DNA of 64,000 nucleotides from Escherichia coli (GCF_030013595.1 NZ_CP122768.1), one strand, 5' to 3'; positions 51,365 to 61,768 are shown, counted from the stretch's first letter. Notes: generated by a model from the sequence alone, not told the origin. Numbers and translations: made by a program.

Positions 51365-51918
51365 GATGCCCGCAGCTCCTTGCGCCACTGATACAAACCA
51401 TGCCAGGCGTTAATCCAGAACAGGAAATATAAACCGGCGGTCAGGTTTAAACCGCGCGTCATATACAGTGGCACCGCGAGGGTATTCACTGCTAACCAGA
51501 CGTACCAGTTTTCGATACGTCTTCCCATCAACATGAATTGTGCCAGAACGCTGAAGGTCAAAATCAAAGAGTCCAGCCAGGGAGCCCAGGCATTGGTAAA
51601 GGTGTGGAGCAAAAAGCCGTAGCCGCCTGCCACGACGACGGCACAGAGCAACAAGAGGAAAAAGTGACTGGCTTGCGTCCGGCGCACCGGCAAGACATCG
51701 CCACCCTGACCTTTCAGCCAGTGGATCCAACCGGTGATGCTGGTCGCGATGAAGAATAACTGGAGCGTGACATCGGCATAGAGTTGCACGGACCAAAAAA
51801 CCCAGCCATACAGCATGCTACCAATTATGCCGATCCACCACGTATGCACATTGTTTCTGGCAGCCAGCCAGACGGAAACCGCGTATGCCAGACACGCGGC
51901 GATTTCTGAATAAGACAT
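51361..51918 (-). CDS. PnuC-family nucleoside (nicotinamide riboside-type) transporter, short form
   Basis: 185 aa polytopic ORF with PnuC-like segments QLYADVTLQLFFIATSITGWIHW and RRIENWYVWLAVNTLAVPLY; GGAGGG Shine-Dalgarno; starts 22 nt after the alr stop. Confidence 0.7.
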   Translation of the reverse strand: MSYSEIAACLAYAVSVWLAARNNVHTWWIGIIGSMLYGWVFWSVQLYADVTLQLFFIATSITGWIHWLKGQGGDVLPVRRTQASHFFLLLLCAVVVAGGYGFLLHTFTNAWAPWLDSLILTFSVLAQFMLMGRRIENWYVWLAVNTLAVPLYMTRGLNLTAGLYFLFWINAWHGLYQWRKELRAS

Positions 51919-51940
51919 TGTCCCTCCCTGGAGACGGGTA

Positions 51941-53020
51941 TTAATCCACGTATTTCATCGCGACCCTTGAAGTCAGGCGCGTAATAAGTTCGTAAGCGCT
52001 CACTTTTGTCATTTCAGCGATACGTTCTACGGGCAAACCTTCGCCCCACAAAATGACCGGGTCCCCGGCTTTATCCTGCGCCTGTGGACCTAAGTCTACG
52101 CAGATCATATCCATCGCCACGCGCCCGACAATCGGCACTTCGCGACCGTTTACCAGCACTGGCGTACCGGACGGCGCGGCGCGCGGATAACCATCGCCAT
52201 AGCCCATCGCGACTACGCCAAGACGGGTATCACGTTCGCTTACCCAGGTTCCACCATAACCAACAGGTTCTCCGGCTTTATGCTCACGCACGGCAATCAG
52301 GCTGGAGGTTAGTGACATCACTGGCTGACAGCCAAAATCGGCACCGGTGGAGCGATCTTCCAGCGGAGATACACCGTAAAGAATAATGCCCGGGCGCACC
52401 CAGTCAAAATGCGACTGTGGCCAGAGTAAAATGCCACCCGATGCGGCAATGGAACGTTGACCAGGTTTGCCTTCGCAAAAGGTATTAAAGATAGCGAGTT
52501 GTTTCTCGGTTGCGCCGCATTTTGGTTCATCCGCGCGCGCAAAATGGCTGACGATATTCACCGGCTGACGAACGTTTTTGCACTGGGTCAGGCGATGATA
52601 AAACGCCTCAGCCTGTTCCGGCCTTACGCCCAGACGGTGCATACCGGTATCGAGTTTCATCCAGACGGTAACCGGCTCGTCCAGGCTAGCCTCTTCCAGC
52701 GCAGCCAGCTGTTCTTCGTTATGCACGGCGGTATGAAAATGTTGCGCAGAAATCGTCGGCAGATCTCTGGCATCAAAAAAGCCTTCGAGTAACAGTACAG
52801 GTTTGGTGATTCCCCCCGCACGCAGTCGCAGAGCTTCTTCGAGACGGGCTACGCCAAAGGCGTCAGCATCGGGGAGCGTTCGCGCGGTCTCAAGAAGACC
52901 GTGACCATAAGCGTTCGCTTTCACCACCGCAACCATTTTACTGGCAGGAGCCAGTTCACGAAGACGTTGCAGGTTGTGTCGCAGAGCGCGGCGGTTAATC
53001 ACAACAGTTGCCGCTTGCAT
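51941..53020 (-). CDS. alr: Alanine racemase (biosynthetic)
   Basis: 359 aa ORF; PLP-binding [11 protein letters not shown] motif. Confidence 0.95.
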
Positions 53021-53072
53021 TTGTGTTCCTTGATAAGTGTTTGCTTTAATTACCTAATTCATAAAATAATTA

Positions 53073-54488
53073 TTATTCGTCGTCGTACTGCGGCCCCGCA
53101 TAGTTGTCGAAGCGCGACCATTGACCGTTAAAGGTCAGGCGTACCGTCCCGATTGGGCCGTTACGTTGTTTACCGATAATAATTTCCGCGATGCCTTTTA
53201 AATCACTGTTTTCGTGATACACCTCATCACGATAGATAAACATGATCAAGTCCGCATCCTGCTCGATAGAGCCAGATTCACGCAGGTCGGAGTTGACCGG
53301 GCGTTTGTCGGCACGTTGTTCCAGAGAACGGTTCAACTGGGACAGCGCCACCACCGGCACGTTCAATTCTTTCGCCAGTGCTTTCAGCGAGCGGGAGATT
53401 TCTGCAATTTCCAGCGTACGGTTATCGGAAAGCGCCGGTACGCGCATCAGTTGCAGGTAGTCGATCATGATAAGCCCGATGCCGCCGTGTTCACGGGCAA
53501 TACGGCGCGCGCGGGAACGCACTTCCGTTGGCGTCAGGCCGGAGGAGTCATCGATATAGATATTACGTTTTTCGAGCAAAATACCCATGGTGCCGGAAAT
53601 GCGCGCCCAGTCTTCATCATCGAGCTGCCCGGTACGGATTTTAGTCTGGTCAACGCGCGACAGCGACGCCAGAGTACGCATCATAATCTGTTCTGATGGC
53701 ATCTCCAGCGAGAAGATAAGTACCGGTTTATCCTGCAACATCGCCGCGTTTTCGACGAGGTTCATCGCAAATGTCGTTTTACCCATCGACGGACGCGCGG
53801 CGACGATGATCAAATCCGACGGCTGCAAGCCAGCGGTTTTTTTGTTGAGATCGTCATAACCGGTGTTTACCCCGGTAACGCCATCGTGTGGCTGCTGAAA
53901 CAACTGCTCAATACGCGCCACCGTGGCGTCGAGCACATCAGCGATGTTCTTCGGCCCTTCGTCTTTGTTTGCACGACTTTCGGCAATTTTAAAGACGCGG
54001 GATTCAGCCAGGTCCAGCAGATCTTCGCTGGTGCGCCCCTGCGGATCAAAACCGGCTTCGGCAATCTCATTCGCAACCGAAATCATCTCGCGAACAACGG
54101 CACGTTCACGCACGATGTCCGCATAGGCACTGATGTTCGCTGCACTTGGCGTATTTTTTGACAACTCTGCCAGATAAGCAAAACCACCGACGCTATCGAG
54201 TTGCCCCTGGCGTTCCAGCGATTCCGCAAGGGTAATCAGATCGATAGGACTACCGCTTTCCTGTAAACGCGCCATTTCAGTAAAGATATGACGGTGTGGG
54301 CGGGTGTAAAAATCGTCTGCCACCACACGCTCGGCTACATCGTCCCAGCGTTCGTTATCCAGCATTAAACCGCCCAACACCGACTGCTCCGCTTCGATCG
54401 AGTGCGGAGGCACTTTCAGCCCGGCAACTTGTGGATCGCGTTCGCGGGGTTCAGCCTGCTGTTTGTTGAAGGGTTTATTTCCTGCCAT
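53073..54488 (-). CDS. dnaB: Replicative DNA helicase
   Basis: 471 aa ORF; Walker A ARPSMGKTT. Confidence 0.97.
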   Translation of the reverse strand: MAGNKPFNKQQAEPRERDPQVAGLKVPPHSIEAEQSVLGGLMLDNERWDDVAERVVADDFYTRPHRHIFTEMARLQESGSPIDLITLAESLERQGQLDSVGGFAYLAELSKNTPSAANISAYADIVRERAVVREMISVANEIAEAGFDPQGRTSEDLLDLAESRVFKIAESRANKDEGPKNIADVLDATVARIEQLFQQPHDGVTGVNTGYDDLNKKTAGLQPSDLIIVAARPSMGKTTFAMNLVENAAMLQDKPVLIFSLEMPSEQIMMRTLASLSRVDQTKIRTGQLDDEDWARISGTMGILLEKRNIYIDDSSGLTPTEVRSRARRIAREHGGIGLIMIDYLQLMRVPALSDNRTLEIAEISRSLKALAKELNVPVVALSQLNRSLEQRADKRPVNSDLRESGSIEQDADLIMFIYRDEVYHENSDLKGIAEIIIGKQRNGPIGTVRLTFNGQWSRFDNYAGPQYDDE

Positions 54489-54570
54489 AGTGAATGGAGT
54501 TACCGAGATAAAGAATGGGTCGAAACTTTACCATATGAAGCAGACCCTGACGATACGTTCTGGAGGACAC

Positions 54571-55554
54571 ATGGCAACACGAATTGAATTTCACAAGCAC
54601 GGTGGCCCGGAAGTACTTCAAGCCGTAGAGTTCACTCCTGCCGATCCGGCGGAGAATGAAATCCAGGTCGAAAATAAAGCCATCGGCATCAATTTTATCG
54701 ACACGTATATCCGCAGCGGCCTTTACCCGCCGCCATCACTACCCAGCGGATTAGGCACCGAAGCGGCAGGCATCGTGAGTAAAGTCGGCAGTGGTGTAAA
54801 GCATATTAAGGCAGGCGATCGTGTAGTCTATGCGCAGTCGGCGTTAGGCGCTTACAGCTCTGTGCATAACGTTAATGCGGATAAAGCGGCGATTCTGCCT
54901 GCGGCAATTTCTTTTGAGCAAGCTGCGGCATCCTTCCTGAAAGGCTTAACGGTTTATTATCTGCTGCGCAAAACCTATGAAATTAAACCTGATGAGCAGT
55001 TCCTGTTCCACGCAGCGGCTGGCGGCGTTGGCTTAATTGCCTGCCAGTGGGCAAAAGCCCTTGGGGCGAAACTTATCGGCACTGTGGGAACCGCGCAAAA
55101 AGCGCAGAGTGCGCTAAAAGCGGGCGCATGGCAGGTTATTAACTATCGCGAAGAGAATCTGGTCGAGCGGTTAAAAGAGATCACCGGTGGTAAGAAAGTG
55201 CGCGTGGTGTACGATTCCGTGGGCAGAGACACCTGGGAACGGTCGCTGGATTGCCTGCAACGCCGCGGCTTAATGGTCAGTTTTGGCAACTCATCAGGTG
55301 CGGTTACCGGTGTGAACTTAGGCATTCTCAATCAGAAAGGCTCGTTGTATGTGACACGCCCTTCCCTGCAAGGCTATATCACCACGCGGGAGGAATTAAC
55401 CGAGGCCAGTAATGAGCTGTTCTCTTTGATTGCCAGCGGTGTGATTAAGGTCGATGTCGCCGAGCAGCAGAAATATCCGCTGAAGGATGCGCAGCGTGCG
55501 CATGAGATTCTGGAAAGCCGGGCGACGCAAGGTTCCAGCCTGTTGATTCCATAA
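54571..55554 (+). CDS. qorA: NADPH:quinone oxidoreductase (zeta-crystallin family)
   Basis: 327 aa from MATRIEFHKHGGPEVL with ggagga Shine-Dalgarno; Rossmann motif AAAGGVG; track ORF extended upstream to 54463. Confidence 0.9.
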   Translation: MATRIEFHKHGGPEVLQAVEFTPADPAENEIQVENKAIGINFIDTYIRSGLYPPPSLPSGLGTEAAGIVSKVGSGVKHIKAGDRVVYAQSALGAYSSVHNVNADKAAILPAAISFEQAAASFLKGLTVYYLLRKTYEIKPDEQFLFHAAAGGVGLIACQWAKALGAKLIGTVGTAQKAQSALKAGAWQVINYREENLVERLKEITGGKKVRVVYDSVGRDTWERSLDCLQRRGLMVSFGNSSGAVTGVNLGILNQKGSLYVTRPSLQGYITTREELTEASNELFSLIASGVIKVDVAEQQKYPLKDAQRAHEILESRATQGSSLLIP

Positions 55555-55562
55555 AAGAAATA

Positions 55563-55592
55563 GGGCTTCCACCTGGGAAGCCCTTTCTTTTT
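55563..55592 (+). terminator. Rho-independent terminator downstream of qorA
   Basis: gggcttcc acct gggaagccc followed by tttcttttt. Confidence 0.8.
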
Positions 55593-55719
55593 ATAGTTCG
55601 GCTGTATGTAGGGTACAGCACGATGAATCTGTTAGAGGCGCAATAGTGACAGATTTGATTATCAATTCCTATTTTGTTCTAAGGATAAAACCTTAGGTTG
55701 TGATCGTCCGCACAATCCC

Positions 55720-55962
55720 TTAGTAACGCCAACGGTCATAGCGCTGATATTTCGGCACTTTTGGTGCTTTAATCGCCTTAATAACCCACACTACCGCAAT
55801 CGCCAATAACAGCCACGGCAGCAACTTAATCATCAATGCCAGCATACCGCCGAGGAACATAATGGCCGTCGCCACAACCAGCGCAGCGATAATACCCAGC
55901 AACGAAACGCCGGTGACCATCAGCATGACAAAAAAGCCAATCACAAAAAGTAGTTCCAGCAT
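55720..55962 (-). CDS. pspG: Phage shock protein G (small membrane protein)
   Basis: 80 aa from MLELLFVIGFF, entirely hydrophobic; the 150 aa track ORF is an upstream extension overlapping dusA. Confidence 0.85.
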   Translation of the reverse strand: MLELLFVIGFFVMLMVTGVSLLGIIAALVVATAIMFLGGMLALMIKLLPWLLLAIAVVWVIKAIKAPKVPKYQRYDRWRY

Positions 55963-55996
55963 GATGCTCCCCCAAATATGAAATCTCTTGCAGGCA

Positions 55997-56013
55997 TTAC
56001 AAGAATCATGCCA
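55997..56013 (-). promoter_or_regulatory. Candidate sigma-54 promoter of pspG
   Basis: Minus-strand TGGCATgattcTTGTA about 35 nt upstream of the pspG ATG; -24 GG is canonical, -12 is GT rather than GC. Confidence 0.4.
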
Positions 56014-56095
56014 AAAATAATCTGTTGATTTAACAGCAAAACGCCCCGCGACGGTGCGCAGGGCGTGGTGAATTTGACTACTTTTTGGTGAAAAG

Positions 56096-57133
56096 TTAAC
56101 GCTTATCCGCCACCAGTTTGAGCGCGTGTTCCAGCACATTAATGTCTGCACCCGCTTTATGGGCATTTTCACTTAAATAACGCCGCCACTGCCGCGCGCC
56201 AGGAATACCCTGGAACAAGCCCAACATATGCCGGGTAATATGGCCAAGATACGTCCCCTGGCTGAGTTCACGCTCAATGTACGGATACATGGCGCGCACC
56301 ACCGCCACCGGATCGACATCGGTATCCGAAGAACCAAAGATCTCTCGGTCTACCGCCGCCAGAATACCCGGATTCTGATACGCTTCGCGCCCGACCATCA
56401 CGCCATCCATATGTTGCAAATGCGCTTTAGCCTCTTCCAGCGACTTGATACCACCGTTAATCGACATTGTCAGATGCGGAAAGTCACGCTTCAGTTGATA
56501 CACACGCGGATAATCGAGCGGCGGGATTTCACGGTTTTCTTTCGGGCTTAACCCAGAAAGCCAGGCTTTACGTGCATGGATGATGAACATCTCACACTCG
56601 CCTTTGCCGGAAACGGTGTTGATGAAATCGCAGAGAAATTCATAGCTGTCCTGATCATCGATGCCAATACGCGTTTTCACCGTCACCGGAATCGACACCA
56701 CATCGCGCATCGCTTTCACGCAGTCGGCAACCAGCTGCGCATTACCCATCAGACACGCCCCAAACATGCCGTTCTGCACCCGGTCAGACGGGCAGCCGAC
56801 ATTCAGGTTGATCTCATCATATCCGCGCGCTTCTGCCAGCTTTGCACACTGCGCCAGCGCCGCCGGATCGCTACCGCCCAGTTGCAATGCTACCGGATGT
56901 TCTTCTTCACTGTACGCCAGGTAATCACCTTTACCGTGAATAATCGCCCCTGTAGTCACCATTTCGGTATACAGCAACGTATTGCGGGAAAGCAGACGCA
57001 AGAAATAGCGGCAATGTCTGTCCGTCCAGTCGAGCATTGGTGCAACGCTAAACCGACCACTCCAGTGAACGTCAGTTTTTTCAGGCATTGCGCTGGTTTG
57101 GTTGATTTTTTGCATTTCAGAATTACCGTGCAT
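56096..57133 (-). CDS. dusA: tRNA-dihydrouridine synthase A
   Basis: TIM-barrel Dus-family ORF; start taken at MHGNSEMQ (345 aa); track ORF starts 2 codons earlier at 57139 and a later MPEKTDV start is also possible. Confidence 0.88.
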   Translation of the reverse strand: MHGNSEMQKINQTSAMPEKTDVHWSGRFSVAPMLDWTDRHCRYFLRLLSRNTLLYTEMVTTGAIIHGKGDYLAYSEEEHPVALQLGGSDPAALAQCAKLAEARGYDEINLNVGCPSDRVQNGMFGACLMGNAQLVADCVKAMRDVVSIPVTVKTRIGIDDQDSYEFLCDFINTVSGKGECEMFIIHARKAWLSGLSPKENREIPPLDYPRVYQLKRDFPHLTMSINGGIKSLEEAKAHLQHMDGVMVGREAYQNPGILAAVDREIFGSSDTDVDPVAVVRAMYPYIERELSQGTYLGHITRHMLGLFQGIPGARQWRRYLSENAHKAGADINVLEHALKLVADKR

Positions 57134-57496
57134 TTTCAAATGTAGAGATTATTTTATCGATATATCATGGGGTTATGTTATTCAGCATCACTGTTCAGGA
57201 GGCTCAATAGCGGGGTACTATACCATAACAACAGGAAGCGCCTGTCTCATTGCAAAAGAAAATTGAGATCCTCTCAAGGCATGAAGCTCTCACGAAGTGA
57301 TTGAAATAATCTTATTAGATGTTAGCGTTGTGAAAAGCAATGATAAACAATACAGTTTCGACGATAAATAAAAAATCACACATTAAACTCCGGTGATATC
57401 TCTCCCTGCTAATAGCACTGATAGAGAAAAAAAGAACCCAATAAGCATTGGGTTCTTTTATGTAATACCTTCCATACCATCGAAGAACTTCACATA

Positions 57497-58453
57497 TTAT
57501 TTTACTAGTTCAATACCAAATAGATCATAAATTGAATTAGAGATATCGTTTGGAATTTGAATCAATTCCGTTGAATCTGGGTCACACGATTGTACGAAGT
57601 CATTTAATTTCTGCGCCGCACCATGCATTTTTGTAACGTCTTTTAGGACTCGTTTTCCTTCGTCTTCCTGACGTTTCATATCAGTTACAATGTCATTGAA
57701 ATCCAGTTTCCCTGCGACTGCCAGATTTTTCATCTCCTTCAGATTTTTTTTCATCTCTTGTTGAGATAACGTTTTCACCTGATCTGTTATGTATTTTTCG
57801 CAATACTCATCAATATCCACTGCAGCTACCAGATCTGCTAATGCACTACCATATGAACATGAAATTAAAAGGGAAGCCAAGGGTTTTAAGCGAATATCGT
57901 CATATTGATGATATGCATTTTCTAAATTTATAAAACCATCACCTAAAGTTTGTAGATGTAACGAAGCTATAGATTCATCATCAATAGATTTTTCATAAAA
58001 TAGTTGAATAGTTGATGGGAGTCCATTCGGGCTTGCTACATCAAAAGTACATCTGTCTATGAGACTTACTGTCTGATGTTCTACTTTATTACAGACAAAA
58101 CTAATCGCATAATGAAAAATCGCCCTGTCTACATATAAAGCGATATAATCACGATCGCCTAATTGCTCTTGAGAGCAGTCATCAATACACTTATCGACCC
58201 ACAGTTTGAGTTCATTTATTCTGCTGATTAACGACACATTTTTGATACTTGCTGTCCATAAATTAAGGGTGATTTTTTGAATAAATAAATCTATTTTTGC
58301 AATAATCACATCGCGATTATTCGCAGTTGCATAATCAACCGATTTATTATACATATCCTTTATTTTTTCTTTGCTCGCATCTTTAATTTCGTATTGATTT
58401 GAATAGAGTGTATTATTGAAGAATTCTGTTGCACTTGAAATTATACCTGACAT
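57497..58453 (-). CDS. AT-rich 318 aa protein of unknown function (position of K-12 yjbL/yjbM)
   Basis: Single uninterrupted ORF in a very AT-rich segment between dusA and zur; no recognisable motifs. Confidence 0.6.
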   Translation of the reverse strand: MSGIISSATEFFNNTLYSNQYEIKDASKEKIKDMYNKSVDYATANNRDVIIAKIDLFIQKITLNLWTASIKNVSLISRINELKLWVDKCIDDCSQEQLGDRDYIALYVDRAIFHYAISFVCNKVEHQTVSLIDRCTFDVASPNGLPSTIQLFYEKSIDDESIASLHLQTLGDGFINLENAYHQYDDIRLKPLASLLISCSYGSALADLVAAVDIDEYCEKYITDQVKTLSQQEMKKNLKEMKNLAVAGKLDFNDIVTDMKRQEDEGKRVLKDVTKMHGAAQKLNDFVQSCDPDSTELIQIPNDISNSIYDLFGIELVK

Positions 58454-58770
58454 GATTCATCCACCTTTTTTGTCGTACCGTGTCCTCCTTATAAGCGTTT
58501 TGGGAACTGGTCACTATCAAAAATCGCTCATAATTTCTGAACTACAGGTATGCGATCAAACCCAGCTAAATAAATAGCGAGTTAACTTGAAGCAATTTAT
58601 TTAAAAATGAATTATTAATTATTATCGTGTTGATAATGGTACTACCAGGCAACACAACCCCTTACGTACAAAACAGAAAATCAACATTACGGCAACAATA
58701 AGGGTTCTCGGTGTTTTTCCTGGAACATGGTAAAGTAAGGACATTCTTAACCCCCACTTTGAGGTGCCCG

Positions 58771-59286
58771 ATGGAAAAGACCACAACGCAGGAGTTATTA
58801 GCGCAGGCTGAAAAAATCTGCGCGCAGCGTAATGTGCGCCTGACCCCACAGCGCCTGGAAGTGTTGCGCCTGATGAGTCTGCAGGATGGCGCTATCAGCG
58901 CTTATGATCTGCTTGATTTGCTGCGCGAAGCTGAACCGCAAGCCAAGCCGCCAACGGTTTATCGCGCGCTGGATTTTCTTCTTGAGCAAGGTTTTGTGCA
59001 TAAGGTGGAATCCACCAACAGTTATGTGCTCTGTCATCTGTTCGACCAGCCCACGCATACGTCAGCCATGTTTATTTGCGATCGCTGCGGCGCAGTGAAA
59101 GAAGAATGTGCAGAAGGCGTGGAAGACATTATGCATACGCTGGCGGCCAAAATGGGGTTTGCCCTGCGGCATAATGTGATTGAAGCACATGGACTCTGTG
59201 CGGCATGTGTGGAAGTAGAAGCGTGTCGTCATCCTGAACAGTGCCAGCATGATCACTCTGTGCAGGTGAAAAAGAAACCGCGTTAA
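58771..59286 (+). CDS. zur: Zinc uptake regulator (Fur family)
   Basis: 171 aa from MEKTTTQELL; C-terminal Cys/His metal-binding residues; track ORF extended to 58711. Confidence 0.9.
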   Translation: MEKTTTQELLAQAEKICAQRNVRLTPQRLEVLRLMSLQDGAISAYDLLDLLREAEPQAKPPTVYRALDFLLEQGFVHKVESTNSYVLCHLFDQPTHTSAMFICDRCGAVKEECAEGVEDIMHTLAAKMGFALRHNVIEAHGLCAACVEVEACRHPEQCQHDHSVQVKKKPR

Positions 59287-59327
59287 GAGGGCGTACATCC
59301 TTGTACACGTCGGGCAGGAGGGATTAA

Positions 59328-59537
59328 TTACCAGCGATATTCATTGCGGGTTTCCCAATCCACGACCTCTTTTTCTGCCTGATCTTTCTGATAACCATAA
59401 CGTTCCTGGATTTTACCGACCAGTTGATCACGTTTACCTTCAATGATCGTCATATCATCATCGGTCAGTTTGCCCCATTGCTCTTTCACTTTACCTTTAA
59501 ACTGTTTCCAGTTACCGCCGGCTTCATCTTTATTCAT
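59328..59537 (-). CDS. yjbJ: CsbD-family stress protein YjbJ
   Basis: 69 aa from MNKDEAGGNWKQFKGK. Confidence 0.88.
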   Translation of the reverse strand: MNKDEAGGNWKQFKGKVKEQWGKLTDDDMTIIEGKRDQLVGKIQERYGYQKDQAEKEVVDWETRNEYRW

Positions 59538-59652
59538 AATCAAGACCTCATCGTTAGGTTGTGAATGAGAGTACGTTCACTTTTCTTCTGAACGTGAGAT
59601 TAAGTGTAGTCAGCAATTTGGCTTAGGATTATTTATTCAGAATTTTTAACCG

Positions 59653-61032
59653 TCACGTTGCGGCAAACCAGGTACCATTGCGCCAGTGACGCCGCCAGAT
59701 AGCCGCCAGAGAAAGCCCGCGCAAAGCCAGAAAGACGGTTAATGCCAGCCACAAACCATGATTACCCAGCCACGGCAGCGTAAGGAGCGTCAGCGCAAAA
59801 CCTGCGGCGGCCACCGCCATACTGTTACGCATTTCGGCGGCACGCGTTGCGCCTATAAACATGCCGTCCAGCAGATAACACCAGACGCCAACCAACGGCA
59901 AAATCACCTGCCAGATAAGATAGCGGTCGGCCAGCTGCTGAATCTGGGTTAACGACGTCAGTAACGCAATGATGTGTTCCCCTGCCAGCAAATAAACCAC
60001 CGAAAACAGTAACGCTACGATCCCCGACTGGCGGCACGCTGCCCGCCAGACATCCAGCAACTGGCTACCGTCGCGCGCACCGTATGCCTGACCGGAATGT
60101 GCTTCAACCGCGTAGGCAAAACCATCCAGCGCATAGGCGGTAAAGGTGAGTAGCGTCATCAGAACCGCGTTAACAGCGATAATGTCACTCCCCAGTCGCG
60201 CGCCAAGTACGGTGATCGCGCCGAAACAGAGTTGCAACAACAGCGAGCGCAGCATGATATCGCGGTTAAGCGCCAGCAAGCGACGGAAGTTTCCTCGCCA
60301 GGCAGTTTTCAGCATTTCGCCGGATATTCCGCGAAGTTTGAGGATTTTACGCACCATTAGCAGACCAATCAGCAATGTTGCATATTCCGCAATAACCGTC
60401 GCCAGCGCCGCGCCCTGCACGTTCATATGCAGCCCCATCACCAGCCAGACATCCAGCACAATGTTGAGGATATTGCCGACCACTAACAAAATTACTGGTG
60501 CACGGGCATATTGCACGCCGAGTAACCAACCAAGTAATACCAGATTCGCCAGCGACGCCGGTGCGCTTAACCAGCGGATTTCAAGAAAGCGCCGCGCCTG
60601 TTCTAGCACCGCTTCGCTGCCGCCAACAATATGCAGCGCCAGATCGATAATCGGCGTACGCAGCAGCGCAATTAACGCCCCGGCCCCCAACGCCAACAGC
60701 AACGGTTGCACCAGCGCACGGGCTAATGCCTGAGGATTTTTGGCACCATAAGCCTGCGCAGTCAGCCCGGTAGTGCTCATGCGCAAAAACAGCAACAGCA
60801 TAAAGAGAAAGCTGGTCGCCGTTGCACCAACCGCCACGCCGCCCAAATAAACCGGGCTATCAAGATGACCAATTACCGCCGTATCGACCAGTCCCAGCAA
60901 CGGAACGGTGATATTGGAGAAAATCATGGGTAAGGCGAGATGCCAGAGTGCTTTATCAGATGAAGTGAGGAATGCCATGCAGACAAGCCTGATGAAGAGA
61001 GATGAAAAACAAACCGCGACGCCTGGCGGCAT
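59653..61032 (-). CDS. dinF: MATE-family efflux protein, SOS-inducible DinF
   Basis: 459 aa polytopic ORF directly downstream of lexA on the same strand (an internal start at MAFLTSSDK is possible). Confidence 0.85.
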   Translation of the reverse strand: MPPGVAVCFSSLFIRLVCMAFLTSSDKALWHLALPMIFSNITVPLLGLVDTAVIGHLDSPVYLGGVAVGATATSFLFMLLLFLRMSTTGLTAQAYGAKNPQALARALVQPLLLALGAGALIALLRTPIIDLALHIVGGSEAVLEQARRFLEIRWLSAPASLANLVLLGWLLGVQYARAPVILLVVGNILNIVLDVWLVMGLHMNVQGAALATVIAEYATLLIGLLMVRKILKLRGISGEMLKTAWRGNFRRLLALNRDIMLRSLLLQLCFGAITVLGARLGSDIIAVNAVLMTLLTFTAYALDGFAYAVEAHSGQAYGARDGSQLLDVWRAACRQSGIVALLFSVVYLLAGEHIIALLTSLTQIQQLADRYLIWQVILPLVGVWCYLLDGMFIGATRAAEMRNSMAVAAAGFALTLLTLPWLGNHGLWLALTVFLALRGLSLAAIWRRHWRNGTWFAAT

Positions 61033-61050
61033 CGCGGTCTCAGAGATATG

Positions 61051-61659
61051 TTACAGCCAGTCGCCGTTGCGAATAACCCCAACCGCCAGCCCTTCAATGG
61101 TGAAGCTCTGCTGACGAAGGTCAACGACAATTGGTTTAAACTCGCTATTTTCTGGCAACAGTTCGACTTTATTGCCCTGTTTTTTCAGGCGCTTAACGGT
61201 AACTTCGTCATCAATACGTGCGACAACGACCTGACCGTTACGTACATCCTGAGTTTTATGCACTGCCAGCAAGTCGCCATCCATAATGCCGATATCTTTC
61301 ATCGACATCCCGCTGACGCGCAGCAGGAAATCAGCATTCGGCTTGAATAAGGAAGGATCGACCTGATAATGACCTTCAATATGCTGTTGCGCCAGAAGCG
61401 GTTCACCGGCAGCCACACGACCTACCAGCGGCAACCCTTCTTCCTCTTCCTGCAACAGACGAATCCCGCGTGATGCGCCGGAAACAATTTCAATAACGCC
61501 TTTGCGTGCCAGCGCCTTCAGATGTTCTTCAGCCGCGTTTGGGGAACGGAACCCCAAACGCTGCGCGATTTCCGCACGCGTCGGCGGCATACCTGTCTGG
61601 CTGATGTGATCACGGATGAGATCAAACACCTCTTGTTGCCTGGCCGTTAACGCTTTCAT
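61051..61659 (-). CDS. lexA: LexA repressor
   Basis: 202 aa ORF; self-cleavage region VAAGEP and protease residues S-x-SMKD. Confidence 0.97.
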   Translation of the reverse strand: MKALTARQQEVFDLIRDHISQTGMPPTRAEIAQRLGFRSPNAAEEHLKALARKGVIEIVSGASRGIRLLQEEEEGLPLVGRVAAGEPLLAQQHIEGHYQVDPSLFKPNADFLLRVSGMSMKDIGIMDGDLLAVHKTQDVRNGQVVVARIDDEVTVKRLKKQGNKVELLPENSEFKPIVVDLRQQSFTIEGLAVGVIRNGDWL

Positions 61660-61667
61660 TCCGCCCC

Positions 61668-61704
61668 CTGGGTGTATATACAGTTATGCTGTGAGTATAT
61701 ACAG
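61668..61704. promoter_or_regulatory. Two tandem LexA boxes in the lexA promoter
   Basis: ctgggtgtatatacag (61668..61683) and ctgtgagtatatacag (61689..61704), both CTG-N10-CAG. Confidence 0.9.
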
Positions 61705-61768
61705 CAAAAGGCGATTTTGGAACCATAAACTGCACAATAAACCAGAGATTTATCGAAATCTGGAAGGG

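Noticed and set aside
51410-51796. 128 aa minus-strand ORF overlapping the PnuC-like gene in another frame
   Set aside because: Arg/Cys-rich off-frame translation; the PnuC-like frame has membrane-protein character and family motifs.
55720-56172. 150 aa extended form of the pspG ORF
   Set aside because: The extension overlaps the 3' end of dusA and lacks a ribosome-binding context; the 80 aa hydrophobic PspG starts at the internal ATG 55960-55962.
57140-57496. Possible genomic-island integration at the dusA 5' end
   Set aside because: No integrase, excisionase or duplicated dusA 5' fragment is visible; only an AT-rich spacer and the orphan gene.
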